Assembly: GCA_026014735.1 (NCBI GenBank)
Contig: JAOZHT010000004.1
Coordinates: forward strand, 93,321 to 157,320
Direction of reading: 5' to 3'
Source of the DNA: Candidatus Bathyarchaeota archaeon
Lineage (GTDB): Archaea > Thermoproteota > Bathyarchaeia > Bathyarchaeales > Bathycorpusculaceae
DNA length: 64,000 nt
Shown: positions 18,655 through 28,671 of the stretch, piece by piece
Numbering within the stretch: position 1 is the first letter of the stretch
Layout: each line of letters begins with the position of its first letter
Program-made: the position numbers and the translations under genes
Notes under the pieces: model-generated
The model's input: the letters and a program-made list of their open reading frames with translations, nothing else
Told to the model about the DNA's origin: nothing
The model's database searches: none

Positions 18655-19251
18655 GTGTCTTCAGAAGGCGAAGATTTCCCAGATTGGTTCAAGAAGCGCC
18701 GCAGCCCATCCAAAGACCCCTTCTTCGGCGACATCGACGACATGTTCCGCGAGATGGAGAAAATGATGGATGAGGAGCTTAAAAGCTTCACAGAAAAAGT
18801 GCCCAAGGAATACGTTAAGGAACGCCAGTTACCCGACGGCAGCACCGTTAAGGAACTGGGCCCATTCGTTTACGGGTACAGCATGAAAATCGGACCCGAC
18901 GGCAAACCCGAAATCCAAGAGTTCGGCAACATCAAAAAAGGCCTCAAAGGTCCCCCGCAGGTTAAGGAGGAACGGGAGCCGCTGGTGGACACCATGGAAA
19001 CCGCAGCTGAGGTACGGGTGGTGGCTGAGTTGCCGGGCGTGGAGAAAACCGACATCAAGCTGCATGGAACCGAGGATTCGCTGGATATCTCGGTGGATAC
19101 GCCGCAGTACAAGTACTATAAGGAAGTAGCATTGCCCGTTAAGGTTAAAGTCAAAGAGGCCCGCTCCACCTACAAGAACGGGGTGCTTGAAGTGGTTTTG
19201 CCTAAAGCTGAGGGCTCTAAACCCAAAGGCGAACCCATAGATGTAGGCTAA
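18655..19251 (+). CDS. Small heat-shock protein (Hsp20/alpha-crystallin family)
   Basis: Alpha-crystallin domain VRVVAELPGVEKTDIKLHGTEDSLDISVD...YYKEVALPVKVKVKEARSTYKNGVLEVVLPK, preceded by a long acidic N-terminal arm. Confidence 0.85.
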   Translation: MSSEGEDFPDWFKKRRSPSKDPFFGDIDDMFREMEKMMDEELKSFTEKVPKEYVKERQLPDGSTVKELGPFVYGYSMKIGPDGKPEIQEFGNIKKGLKGPPQVKEEREPLVDTMETAAEVRVVAELPGVEKTDIKLHGTEDSLDISVDTPQYKYYKEVALPVKVKVKEARSTYKNGVLEVVLPKAEGSKPKGEPIDVG

Positions 19252-19282
19252 AAACCTAAATGTCTTAGCATTTCATAGTAGC

Positions 19283-19699
19283 ATGTGTATGAGCGATAAT
19301 TCCGAAGTTGAAACCCTAAACCAGGTATGCAGGGAAGCCAAGGCAGCGGGGAAACTGTCAGGCGACAACCTCACCCGGCTCTATGAACTGTTTGGGCCCC
19401 GCTTCACCAAGGCACTTGACGCCGTTAAGGAGGGCAGAGTGAAAAAATACGTGTTTAAGCCCTCGGGGCGGGTGGTCTGGATTGTGGTGGGCAGAGAACG
19501 TGATTACCTCATCATGCCGGATGCGGAGTTCTGTCCCTGCGATGACTTCTATTTCCGGGTGCTTGACAAGAAAGTGCACATGTGCTACCATCTGTTGACG
19601 CAGAAGATTGCTCAGAATCTGGGGTGGTTTGAGCTTTTTGAGGAAAACGACGAATGCTATGACATGTTGATGAAGGAGTGGAAAAAAGCTACTCCTTAA
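19283..19699 (+). CDS. SWIM zinc-finger protein
   Basis: CPCDDFYFRVLDKKVHMCYH fits the SWIM signature CxCx(n)CxH. The rest of the protein is unassigned. Confidence 0.6.
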   Translation: MCMSDNSEVETLNQVCREAKAAGKLSGDNLTRLYELFGPRFTKALDAVKEGRVKKYVFKPSGRVVWIVVGRERDYLIMPDAEFCPCDDFYFRVLDKKVHMCYHLLTQKIAQNLGWFELFEENDECYDMLMKEWKKATP

Positions 19700-19742
19700 A
19701 TATGAAGAGTTACAAGAATAGGGGTAATACAGAGGAACCTCG

Positions 19743-19874
19743 ATGGATATAGGTGCATACTTCGTAACCCTCCAGTACATCCTAATGGGCTCAACCTTCA
19801 TCGCTTTAGCCTTGATTTTCCTGTACGCTTACTACGGCAGAGGCGAAGAGGAAAAAGAAGCCGAAGAAGAGTAA
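19743..19874 (+). CDS. Possible 43-aa single-TM miniprotein
   Basis: The ATG-initiated ORF MDIGAYFVTLQYILMGSTFIALALIFLYAYYGRGEEEKEAEEE has one hydrophobic helix and an acidic tail. It falls below the ORF-track length cutoff and has no other support. Confidence 0.25.
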   Translation: MDIGAYFVTLQYILMGSTFIALALIFLYAYYGRGEEEKEAEEE

Positions 19875-19882
19875 GCATCCCT

Positions 19883-20173
19883 TTAACTTGTAGTTCTACG
19901 TGGGCGTCGGCTGAACACGTAAAACAGCACTAAACTAATTATGGTAAGGGTCACGCTGAGGCCAATTAGCCATGCCGCGTCGGGTCCTGAACCGAAAACG
20001 ATGGGGATGGGCCCAATCATGACTACGCCGCCGAAGCTGCCCAAGCCTCCCATGGCAATCGACGTCACCACAATCACGGCGACGCCGACGAAAACAAGGC
20101 TTAGCCCCAGAAACAGCAAGGTCACCAGCCGACTGGAAACCTCAATGCCCTCATCAGTCTCCTCTTCACTCAT
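19883..20173 (-). CDS. Small integral membrane protein (resembles the archaeal DUF131/TIGR00304-type family, from memory)
   Basis: Two TM helices flank the conserved loop [17 protein letters not shown]. It is a tandem paralog of the next gene. Confidence 0.6.
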   Translation of the reverse strand: MSEEETDEGIEVSSRLVTLLFLGLSLVFVGVAVIVVTSIAMGGLGSFGGVVMIGPIPIVFGSGPDAAWLIGLSVTLTIISLVLFYVFSRRPRRTTS

Positions 20174-20179
20174 ATTCCG

Positions 20180-20464
20180 TTACCTCCCAAGCCAATAAAA
20201 CAGCAAAAAAACAATCAAAACCACGACCGTAAGCGCCAACGCCAAAGCCACCACTTCCTTAACGGAGTTTTTGTCTGTCCCGAAAATTATGGGTATGGGC
20301 CCAATCATCACGACGCCTCCGCCCCGCACGCGACTTTTACCCTCTTTGCCGCCGCCCATCGATGCCTTCGCGAGGGCCACGACGATAACTATGATGCCTG
20401 CGACTACAAGTGCGATGCCCAGCATATAGAAAATCGAGAGGTCCACCATCCCCGATGCGCCCAT
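20180..20464 (-). CDS. Small integral membrane protein, tandem paralog of 19883..20173
   Basis: It shares [17 protein letters not shown] and the same two-TM topology with the downstream gene, from which it is separated by 6 nt. Confidence 0.6.
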   Translation of the reverse strand: MGASGMVDLSIFYMLGIALVVAGIIVIVVALAKASMGGGKEGKSRVRGGGVVMIGPIPIIFGTDKNSVKEVVALALALTVVVLIVFLLFYWLGR

Positions 20465-20562
20465 TCAATGATTGAACCTGCCCGTTTAATAAATCTAGCC
20501 AAAAACGGTTAGCTGGCGCAAAAATTAAAAGCGCCAAGCTGCTTTAGCTGTGTCGGCGCACC

Positions 20563-21399
20563 ATGACCACCCAAGACCTCATCGCGGAGATAGCAGCCAA
20601 AAACCCCCAGCTTACCCCATCAGTAATCCTTGAGAGATTGGAGGCTGAACGCAGAAGATGCGATGGACTATTGGGGGACGAGACGCTTCTACGGTTGATT
20701 GCGGCTAAAAGCGAGGTGACGGTGCAGCAGAACCATTTCCAGAACAGCAACGTGCTTTCCTCTGAGCGTCTCTTCAGCGGCCTCTACGATGTAACGGTTG
20801 CGGGGCGGCTGATAGCGGTTTTTCCGGCGAAGACCTTTCAGGGACAGGAGAAATCAGGCAAATTCGCAACTTTGATGTTGGCGGATGAGGCGGGGCTGCT
20901 GCGGGTGGTTCTATGGAACGAGCAGGCGGAGCTTGTGGAACGCGGCGAGTTAAAGTCGGGGCAGGCGCTTCGGCTGCTGCATGGCTACACCCGCCAGGAC
21001 CGCTACGGCAAAGTCGAATTGCACATGGGCGTCAAAAGCCAAATAGAAATCCAGCCCCATGACAGCAGCGCCCCCAGCATCGAGAGGTTCACCGCGAAAA
21101 TCGGCGACCTCACTGCAGGCTCGGGCAGCGTGCATCTGCTGGGTGCGGTGAAGGCGGTTTATAGCAAGTCAAGTTTTCCCAGAGGCAGCGACGGCGATGG
21201 GGTGGTGCTGCGGTTGGCGCTGCGGGATGAGTCAGGCGAGGCGGTGGTGGTTGTGTGGAATGAGAAGGTGGAGGAAATCGAGCGTGTCCTCCGTGATAGC
21301 CCGCGGCTGCTTTTGGTTAACGCCCGAGTTAAAGAAGCCAAGAACGGGGCTTTTGAGGTGCATGTGGACTCCGGCACAGCCATCCAAGCCCAAAGCTAA
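20563..21399 (+). CDS. Replication protein A-like ssDNA-binding protein with two OB folds
   Basis: The N-terminal helical domain ending GLLGDETLLRLIAAKSEV is typical of archaeal RPA N-termini. Two OB-fold units follow (VTVAGRLIAVFP...GKFATLMLADEAGLLRVVLWNEQAE and VHLLGAVKAVYS...VLRLALRDESGEAVVVVWNEKVEE). No zinc finger is seen. Confidence 0.7.
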   Translation: MTTQDLIAEIAAKNPQLTPSVILERLEAERRRCDGLLGDETLLRLIAAKSEVTVQQNHFQNSNVLSSERLFSGLYDVTVAGRLIAVFPAKTFQGQEKSGKFATLMLADEAGLLRVVLWNEQAELVERGELKSGQALRLLHGYTRQDRYGKVELHMGVKSQIEIQPHDSSAPSIERFTAKIGDLTAGSGSVHLLGAVKAVYSKSSFPRGSDGDGVVLRLALRDESGEAVVVVWNEKVEEIERVLRDSPRLLLVNARVKEAKNGAFEVHVDSGTAIQAQS

Positions 21400-21472
21400 A
21401 GAAAAGCCCGTTAAGATTAGTTTCTATCAAAGAAGGGAAAAAAGGTGCCCTTTACTGCCTTGGGGGCTTAAG

Positions 21473-24400
21473 TCACCATTGCTTCCAGGGGATATCATCC
21501 ATGTACTCGTTGAGGCTGCGGATGCTGTTGCCGTTCTTATCCTTGTTCTTGAGCACATCCACCAGCGCCTCTGCCAACTGAAGGTTAGTGATGACGGGCA
21601 CGTTGAATTCTACGGCTTGGCGGCGGATGATGTAGCCGTCGGTGATGATGTCAGTCATGTTGCTGCGGCGGTTCGCCATGGGCACGTTGATGACGAGGTC
21701 GATTTTGCGTTCCTGCAGGTAATCAAGGATGTTGGGGGTTACGTCGGGGTCTTTGACTTTATGCAGCACCACCGTGGACACGCCGTTGTCGATGAGGACT
21801 TTGGCTGTGTTGGAGGTCGAGTAGATTCTAAAGCCCAGCTCGGCAAGCGCCAACGCAATGGGCACCACGCGGGTTTTGCGTTCCACATCGCCGCCGACGC
21901 TGATAAGCACCGAGCCGCCTTTGGGGGGAATACTGAACTCGGCTGCCTGCAGCGCCTTGAAGAATGCGTCGCTGAAGTTCTCGCCCAAACATGCCACCTC
22001 GCCGGTGCTAAGCATCTCAACGCCCAAAACGGGGTCGGCGCCGCTGAGCCGCATGAAGCTAAACTGGGGCACCTTGACGCCCACATGAGGCGCCACCTGC
22101 ATGGGAGAAAGCAGTTTGGATTGGTCGATTTTTTTGCCCAGCATCGCCAGCGTAGCGAGGTCTATCATGTTTATGCCGCGGGTCTTGCTGACAAAGGGCA
22201 TACTGCGTGAGGCCCGAAGGTTGCATTCGATGACGTTGACGACGTCGTCTTTGACTAGGTACTGGATGTTGTAGGGCCCGTGGATTTTGAGGGCTTTAAC
22301 GATTTTCTGGGTTGCCTCTTCGATGTCTTTCTGCACCTCGGGCTTTAGCGCCTGAGGCGGAATAGTCATGGTTGCGTCGCCGCTGTGTACGCCCGCGTTT
22401 TCAACGTGCTCCATGATGGCGCCGATGAGGACGTTGTCGCCGTCGGAGACGCCGTCGACTTCGACTTCTTTGGCGCGCGTGATGAATTTGCTGATTACCA
22501 CGGGGTGGTCGCGGGAGACTTTGGCGGCTAAGTTAAGGAAGTTCTCTAGGGCAACCTCGTTGAAGGCAACCCGCATAGCGGAGCCCGACAGCACATAGCT
22601 GGGACGCACCAGCACGGGGTAGCCGATTTTGGTGGCGAACCGCTTGGCTTCCTCGATGGATTGCAGTTTGCTCCAGCTGGGCTGATGGATCCCAAGCTGA
22701 TCGAGCAATGCGCTAAATTTACTTCGGTCCTCGGCGAGGTCCACGTCCTGCGCTGAAGTGCCCAGTATGTTGGCGCCTGCATCGCAGAGGGGCATGGAGA
22801 GGTTGTTGGGGATTTGTCCGCCGACGCTGGTTATAACGCCCAGCGGTTTTTCTTTATCGTAGATGTCAAGGATGCGTTCTGTGGTGAGTTCTTCGAAGTA
22901 GAGTTTGTCGGAGACATCGTAGTCTGTGCTGACGGTTTCGGGGTTGTAGTTAACCATGATGGCTTCTTGGATGCCGTTCTTTTTCAGCGCCCAAATCGTG
23001 TTGACGCCGCACCAGTCAAACTCTACGCTGCTGCCGATGCGGAAGACGCCGGCGCCTAAAACGATGACTTTGCTTTGGGTGCCGCTGAATTCTATGTCGT
23101 CTTGGTCTCCGCCGTAGGTGAGGTAGAGATAGTTGGTTTTAGCTGGCCACTCCGCCGCTAAAGTGTCAATCTGCTTAACCGCGGGGATGATGCCGGCTTT
23201 TTTGCGGTAGCTCCGGATAGCGGCCTCGGTGGTTTTCTGGCACACCGCAATTTGCTCATCGCTAAAGCCCAGTCGCTTGGCTTCACGGATAACTTCGGCT
23301 GCGTTGGCTTCGGCAAGGTTGAGGCTGCGAAGCTGGGTTTCCATGTTAAGGATGTTTTGTATTTTGTATAGGAAGAAGGGGTCAACGCCGCTTATGCGGT
23401 AAATCTCCATGACGGAGATGCCGAGTTTGAGGGCTTTGCCGATTTTGTAGAGACGCTCATCGGTTGGATGAGCCATTTCGTCGCGGAGGCGCTCTTCGGA
23501 TTCGGGTTCGTTATCTTCGGGGTTGCAGACTAAACCGATTTTGCCCGTGTCGAGCATGCGTACGGCTTTCTGCAGTGCCTCCTCGAAGCATCTGCCAATC
23601 GCCATAACTTCGCCGACGCTGCGCATCTGTGGACCAACATGGCGGTCGGCGTTCTTGAATTTCTGCAGGTCCCAGCGGGGGATTTTTACGGTGATGTAGT
23701 CGAGTGCGGGCTCGAAGCATGCGGTGGTGACTTCGGTGACTTTGTTGATGAGTTCCGGCAGCGTATAGCCCAATGTAAGTTTGGTGGCGATGTAGGCAAG
23801 GGGGTAGCCTGTGACTTTGCTGGCAAGTGCGCTGCTGCGGCTCATGCGGCTGTTGACTTCGATGACGCGGCATTCCTCTGATTTGGGGTGCAGCGCCCAC
23901 TGGATGTTGCATTCGCCGACTATTCCGAGGCAACGGATGGCGTTTATCGATATGCTGCGGATTTGGTGGTACTCGCGGTTAGTCATGGTCTGCGAGGGCG
24001 CGACCACAATTGAGTCGCCTGTGTGGATGCCCATGGGGTCAAAGTTTTCCATGTTGCAGACGGTGAGGCAGTTATCGGCGTAGTCACGCATAACCTCGTA
24101 TTCGACTTCTTTCCAGTGTCCCACGTATTCCTCGACGAGAACTTGGCTGATGCGGCTCTGCGCGATGCCGATGGTGACGATTTCCTTGAGTTCCTTATCG
24201 TTATGTGCTACGCCTGCGCCTTTGCCGCCTAAAGTGTAGGCAACGCGGACCATAACGGGGAAACCGATTTCATCCGCGATTTCCTGTGCCTGTTTGACGC
24301 TGGTTGCGGCGCGGCTTTTAAGGTAGGGGACGCCTGCTTTCTGCATGGCTTGGCGGAAACGTTCACGGTCGCCTGTGTCCTCGATGGCCTGCACGGGGGT

Positions 24401-24751
24401 ACCCAGAACTTTAACGTTGTATTTCTGCAGGATACCGCTTTTCTCCAGTTCCAAGCCGCAGTTAAGCGCGGTTTGGCCGCCGAAGCCCAGAAGGATACCG
24501 TCGGGGCGTTCTTTAGCGATAACTTTCTCCACGTACTCGGGCGTAACAGGCAACAGGTACACTTTGCCTGAGAGCCTCGGGTCAGTTTGGATGGTGGCTA
24601 TGTTGGGGTTAATCAGGACGGTTTCGATGCCTTCCTCACGCAGCGCTTTTAGGCATTGGCTGCCGCTGTAATCGAATTCTGCGGCTTCGCCGATTTTGAT
24701 GGCGCCGCTGCCCAGCACCATGACTTTTTTGATCCAGTCAAACTTGGGCAT
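21473..24751 (-). CDS. carB: Carbamoyl-phosphate synthase large subunit
   Basis: 1092 aa with duplicated ATP-grasp halves (VMVLGSGAIKIGEAAEFDYSG... and VIVLGAGVFRIGSSVEFDWCG...) and a C-terminal MGS-like domain. Confidence 0.95.
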   Translation of the reverse strand: MPKFDWIKKVMVLGSGAIKIGEAAEFDYSGSQCLKALREEGIETVLINPNIATIQTDPRLSGKVYLLPVTPEYVEKVIAKERPDGILLGFGGQTALNCGLELEKSGILQKYNVKVLGTPVQAIEDTGDRERFRQAMQKAGVPYLKSRAATSVKQAQEIADEIGFPVMVRVAYTLGGKGAGVAHNDKELKEIVTIGIAQSRISQVLVEEYVGHWKEVEYEVMRDYADNCLTVCNMENFDPMGIHTGDSIVVAPSQTMTNREYHQIRSISINAIRCLGIVGECNIQWALHPKSEECRVIEVNSRMSRSSALASKVTGYPLAYIATKLTLGYTLPELINKVTEVTTACFEPALDYITVKIPRWDLQKFKNADRHVGPQMRSVGEVMAIGRCFEEALQKAVRMLDTGKIGLVCNPEDNEPESEERLRDEMAHPTDERLYKIGKALKLGISVMEIYRISGVDPFFLYKIQNILNMETQLRSLNLAEANAAEVIREAKRLGFSDEQIAVCQKTTEAAIRSYRKKAGIIPAVKQIDTLAAEWPAKTNYLYLTYGGDQDDIEFSGTQSKVIVLGAGVFRIGSSVEFDWCGVNTIWALKKNGIQEAIMVNYNPETVSTDYDVSDKLYFEELTTERILDIYDKEKPLGVITSVGGQIPNNLSMPLCDAGANILGTSAQDVDLAEDRSKFSALLDQLGIHQPSWSKLQSIEEAKRFATKIGYPVLVRPSYVLSGSAMRVAFNEVALENFLNLAAKVSRDHPVVISKFITRAKEVEVDGVSDGDNVLIGAIMEHVENAGVHSGDATMTIPPQALKPEVQKDIEEATQKIVKALKIHGPYNIQYLVKDDVVNVIECNLRASRSMPFVSKTRGINMIDLATLAMLGKKIDQSKLLSPMQVAPHVGVKVPQFSFMRLSGADPVLGVEMLSTGEVACLGENFSDAFFKALQAAEFSIPPKGGSVLISVGGDVERKTRVVPIALALAELGFRIYSTSNTAKVLIDNGVSTVVLHKVKDPDVTPNILDYLQERKIDLVINVPMANRRSNMTDIITDGYIIRRQAVEFNVPVITNLQLAEALVDVLKNKDKNGNSIRSLNEYMDDIPWKQW

Positions 24752-24753
24752 CT

Positions 24754-25911
24754 CTACGGGGCCTCCAGTGACTTAACGAATTTATCAAACAGCAACTCGG
24801 TGTCGTAGGGTCCAGGCGAAGCTTCAGGATGCCACTGAACCGCAAAGACAGGCTTGCTTCTGTGATGGACTCCCTCAGCGGTTTTATCATTAGGATTAAC
24901 AAACCAGGGCATAAGCGGGGTGTTCTTGAGTGACTCCATGTTTATGGCGTAGCCGTGGTTCTGCGTTGTGATGTAGCATCGGCGACTCTCCAAATCCAGG
25001 GCAGGCTGGTTTTGGGCGCGGTGGCCGAATTTAAGTTTGTAGGTGTCTCCGCCCAGCGCCAAAGCCAGGATTTGTGCCCCCAAACAGATGCCCATCAGCG
25101 GGGTTTTCTCGCTGAGTTCACGGATGGCCTCGATGGTTCTGACGCATTTCTTGGGGTCGCCGGGTCCGTTGCTGAGAAAGACGCCGTTGGGGTTGTAAGC
25201 GAGGATGTCGGCGGCGGAGGTGTCGTAGGGGACACGCACAACGTTGATGCCGCGTTTAAGCAGGTTGCGGATGATGCTGAATTTGACGCCGCAGTCGATG
25301 AGCACCACGGTTTTTTGGCCCTCAACGCTGTATGTGACGGGTTTTTTAACGGAGACTTCCTTAACGAGGTCGGTTTGGTTGGGATCAGCGATGCTTTTGC
25401 CGTTTTTAAGCAGCGCGTCTAGGTCGGGTTCCTCGTTTTCGCCGAAGACCTGCAGGATGCCCAGCATGACGCCGTGGGTGCGGAGTTTCTTGGTGAGTTT
25501 GCGTGTGTCGAGCCCGTAGATGCCCGGGACGCCTTCGTCTGTTAGCCACTGGTCGAGTGTGCGGGTGGATGCCCAATGGAAGGGTTCATGGCAGAGCTCA
25601 TGGATGATTAAGCCCTGCACTTGGATGTGGTCGCTTTCGAAGTAAAGCGGCAGTCCCAGATCCTGGGTGTTGTCTGGTACACCATAGTTGCCTACCATCG
25701 GGTAGGTGAATGTGAGAATCTGCCCCTTATAGGACGGGTCAGTTAAGGCTTCGGGGTAGCCGACCATCTGGGTTGAGAAAACAACTTCGCCAGAAATCTT
25801 GCCTGTTGCACCGAAACCTTTACCGATAAATGACGTTCCGTCTTCAAGAAGCAGAACAGCTTTTTTACTTTTTTTGAACGTGCTATCTTGTGAGGCCAAA
25901 GCCCTATTCAA
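24754..25911 (-). CDS. carA: Carbamoyl-phosphate synthase small (glutaminase) subunit
   Basis: The N-terminal CPSase small-chain domain (LLLEDGTSFIGKGFGA, FTYPMVGNYG) plus a GATase domain (GICLGAQILA, VQWHPEASPGP). Confidence 0.95.
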   Translation of the reverse strand: MNRALASQDSTFKKSKKAVLLLEDGTSFIGKGFGATGKISGEVVFSTQMVGYPEALTDPSYKGQILTFTYPMVGNYGVPDNTQDLGLPLYFESDHIQVQGLIIHELCHEPFHWASTRTLDQWLTDEGVPGIYGLDTRKLTKKLRTHGVMLGILQVFGENEEPDLDALLKNGKSIADPNQTDLVKEVSVKKPVTYSVEGQKTVVLIDCGVKFSIIRNLLKRGINVVRVPYDTSAADILAYNPNGVFLSNGPGDPKKCVRTIEAIRELSEKTPLMGICLGAQILALALGGDTYKLKFGHRAQNQPALDLESRRCYITTQNHGYAINMESLKNTPLMPWFVNPNDKTAEGVHHRSKPVFAVQWHPEASPGPYDTELLFDKFVKSLEAP

Positions 25912-25935
25912 CCTATCAGTTTGAATTTTTAAGTT

Positions 25936-27432
25936 TTACGGTTTATTGAGAGTTGAAGGAGACAGCGTTTTGATGGCTGTTTTAAGCTTGATTTCGGCGT
26001 CGGAGAGGTTTCCGCGGAGTTTATCGATGGCTTGCTTGTTGCCTGCGGCGAGTCTGGCTCTTGCTTTGAGGGTTCTTTCAACTTCCGCCCGTGAAGGTCC
26101 CCCTTGGACTTTATATGTTTCGATTAGTTTACGCAGGTTCGTGCATGAAACTATGTCTTGGCTTTTAACTGCCAAGCGGATGTTTGCCGCTTCCAAAGCA
26201 ACCTTTTCCAGCATTTGCGGCGTTGCATCAGTTAAAGTTTTCTTTTCATCCACCAACGCTTTGACGAGTGCACCCACGATTTTATGCGACGTGCGGAAAG
26301 CCACGCCGTAACTGCGCACCAGCATGTTAGCAAGCTCTGTTGCGCCCACAAACCCCGCTGCTGCTTTAGCTTCAACCTCGCCGGTTTTCACTTTTATGTT
26401 GGGAACCAGCGCTGCGAATATGTGCAGGGATGCCTGCAGGTTGTCGGTTGCAGCCCACAGTTTAGGCGTGACCTCCTGGAGGTCAAGGTTGTAGGTGGTG
26501 GGCAAGCTCTTGATGATTGCAGCTGCCGCAACAAAGTCGCCTATCACGTAGCTGGCGCGGGCGCGGATAACCTCGAGCACCTCAGGGTTTTTCTTCTGGG
26601 GCATGATGCTACTGGTCGAGGTGAATTCGTCAGGCAACTCAACAGTGCCAAACTCCGCAGAACTCCACACGATGAGGTCTTCAGCAAAGCGGCTTAGATT
26701 CACCGCCAGAAGCGCCAGCGCCGCCTGGGTTTCCAGGGTGAAGTCGCGGCTGCCCACGGCGTCGAGTGAATTCTCCACCAAACCCTCAAAGCCCAGAAGA
26801 GCTGCGGTTGCATTGCGGTTTATGGGGAAACTGGTGGTTGCCAACGCACAGGCGCCCAGCGGGGACAGGTTAACGTGGCAGTAGACGTTTTGGAGCCGCT
26901 CTAGGTCACGTTGCAGCGCGTCATGGTGCATGAGCAGATAGTGGGCGTAGGTGACGGGTTGGGCTGCCTGCAGATGGGTGTACTCGAGGATTATGGTTTC
27001 TGCGTGCTCCGCGGCGGAGTCGAGGAGTGCCTGCTGCATCTCGGCGACCTGCGTCATGATGCTGAGCAGTTGGGTTCGTAGCGTCATGCGGATAGCCGTG
27101 GCGACCTGGTCGTTTCGGCTCTTGGCAATGTGCAGGTTGCCGCCGACCTCCGCGCCGGTCTCTGCCAGAACCGCCTCCTCCACCGCCATATGCACGTCCT
27201 CGGCGTCTGGGTCAAGGCTTTGGCTGTCAAGTTTCTGCAGTGCCGCGAGGATTTTTGCTCCGTCAGCTGCCTCGATGATTTTTTCCTCTGTAAGCATGGC
27301 AACGTGGGCTTTGTTGATGGCTAAGACAGCGTCGGCTAAGCGTGCATCGTCCTTGCGGCTGGAGCAGAATTTGGCTACGTCGGATCGGACATCGCCGAGG
27401 CGACCGCCATGCAGCATCTTCGACACGCCCAA
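25936..27432 (-). CDS. argH: Argininosuccinate lyase
   Basis: Fumarate-lyase superfamily signature SSIMPQKKNPEVLE, plus HIAKSRNDQVATA and TSFPINR. The start may instead be the ATG at 27417 (MLHGGRL). Confidence 0.92.
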   Translation of the reverse strand: MGVSKMLHGGRLGDVRSDVAKFCSSRKDDARLADAVLAINKAHVAMLTEEKIIEAADGAKILAALQKLDSQSLDPDAEDVHMAVEEAVLAETGAEVGGNLHIAKSRNDQVATAIRMTLRTQLLSIMTQVAEMQQALLDSAAEHAETIILEYTHLQAAQPVTYAHYLLMHHDALQRDLERLQNVYCHVNLSPLGACALATTSFPINRNATAALLGFEGLVENSLDAVGSRDFTLETQAALALLAVNLSRFAEDLIVWSSAEFGTVELPDEFTSTSSIMPQKKNPEVLEVIRARASYVIGDFVAAAAIIKSLPTTYNLDLQEVTPKLWAATDNLQASLHIFAALVPNIKVKTGEVEAKAAAGFVGATELANMLVRSYGVAFRTSHKIVGALVKALVDEKKTLTDATPQMLEKVALEAANIRLAVKSQDIVSCTNLRKLIETYKVQGGPSRAEVERTLKARARLAAGNKQAIDKLRGNLSDAEIKLKTAIKTLSPSTLNKP

Positions 27433-27444
27433 GCCCCCTGCGTG

Positions 27445-28671
27445 TTAGGCTTTTTTGCCCTTTTTGTTTGCGGCCCGCAGCGAATTGTACATCCGCGTCT
27501 GCAAACCCCACAGTTCAATGAAGCCTTTGCTGTAGCCCTGGTTGAAGCTGGTTTTGATGTTGTAGTTAGCCAGGTTCTTGTCGTAGAGGCTCAACGGTGA
27601 GCTGCGTCCGACTACGAGCATGCTGCCCTTGTAGAGTTTAAGTTTAACTTCGCCCGTCACGTTTTCCTGGGAGCGGTTAATGTAGGCGTCCAAATCGTCC
27701 TTTAATGGATCCACCCAGAGGCCAGCGTAGGCGAGGAACACCCATTCCGCGTCGATCTGCTGCTTAAACAGCACCTGATGCCGCGTCATAACCATCTTCT
27801 CAAGGTCCTTGTGAGCCTCCAAAATCACCAGCGCCGCGGGGCACTCGTAAACCTCGCGAGATTTCAGGCCGACGATGCGGTCTTCGATGTGGTCGATTCT
27901 GCCGACTCCGTTGCGGCCTGCGATTTTGTTAACTTCCTCGATGAGTGCGAGTGGCGAGAGTTTTTTGCCGTTAACCGACACGGGGACGCCCTGCTCGAAT
28001 CCGATGGTGACGATTTCGGGTTTGTCAGGGGCTTTTTCGGGTGCCACTGTCCATTCGTAGGCGTCGTCTGGCGGGGATTGGCTGGCGTCCTCGAGCAAGC
28101 CGCATTCGATGGCGCGTCCCCAAACCGAGGCGTCGATGCTGTATTTTTTGGCGGCTTCAGAAACATGGATGCCTTTCTCTTTTGCATAGGCTATTTCTTC
28201 CTCGCGGGTCAAACCCCACTCCCGCACCGGCGCAAGAATTTGTTTGCCCGGAGCCAACGCACCCAAGGTTACGTCAAAGCGGACCTGGTCGTTGCCGCGT
28301 CCCGTGCAGCCATGCGCCAATCCAGTGGCACCTTCCCGCTCGGCGATCTCCACCATCTTTTTGGCGATTAATGGCCGAGAGAGGCTGGTGCTGATGGGAT
28401 ATTTGCCTTCGTAGAGGGCATTGGCTTTGATGGCTGGATAAATGTAGTCTTTGCAGAATTCCTCTTTGGCGTCGATGCTGAAATGCTTAACTACGCCGAG
28501 TTTTTTGGCTTTCTCCTCCGCAGCCTTAAGGTCCTCGCCCTGCCCCACATCCACTGTGACCGTGATTACTTCTGCGCCAAGCTTCTCCTGCAGATACTTA
28601 ATTAGCACGGACGTATCCAATCCGCCGCTGTAAGCCAACACAAACTTATCCGCCATACCATGCTTCCCCAA
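27445..28671 (-). CDS. argG: Argininosuccinate synthase
   Basis: AYSGGLDTS ATP-binding motif, GATGLAHGCTGRGNDQVRF and SIDASVWGR. Confidence 0.95.
   Translation of the reverse strand: MGKHGMADKFVLAYSGGLDTSVLIKYLQEKLGAEVITVTVDVGQGEDLKAAEEKAKKLGVVKHFSIDAKEEFCKDYIYPAIKANALYEGKYPISTSLSRPLIAKKMVEIAEREGATGLAHGCTGRGNDQVRFDVTLGALAPGKQILAPVREWGLTREEEIAYAKEKGIHVSEAAKKYSIDASVWGRAIECGLLEDASQSPPDDAYEWTVAPEKAPDKPEIVTIGFEQGVPVSVNGKKLSPLALIEEVNKIAGRNGVGRIDHIEDRIVGLKSREVYECPAALVILEAHKDLEKMVMTRHQVLFKQQIDAEWVFLAYAGLWVDPLKDDLDAYINRSQENVTGEVKLKLYKGSMLVVGRSSPLSLYDKNLANYNIKTSFNQGYSKGFIELWGLQTRMYNSLRAANKKGKKA

Noticed and set aside
21197-22210. 337-aa plus-strand ORF overlapping the 3' end of the RPA-like gene and running antisense through carB
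   Set aside because: It lies entirely opposite or overlapping well-supported genes. Its composition (H/V/G/A/D/R-rich, no motifs) is typical of a shadow ORF antisense to GC-rich coding DNA.
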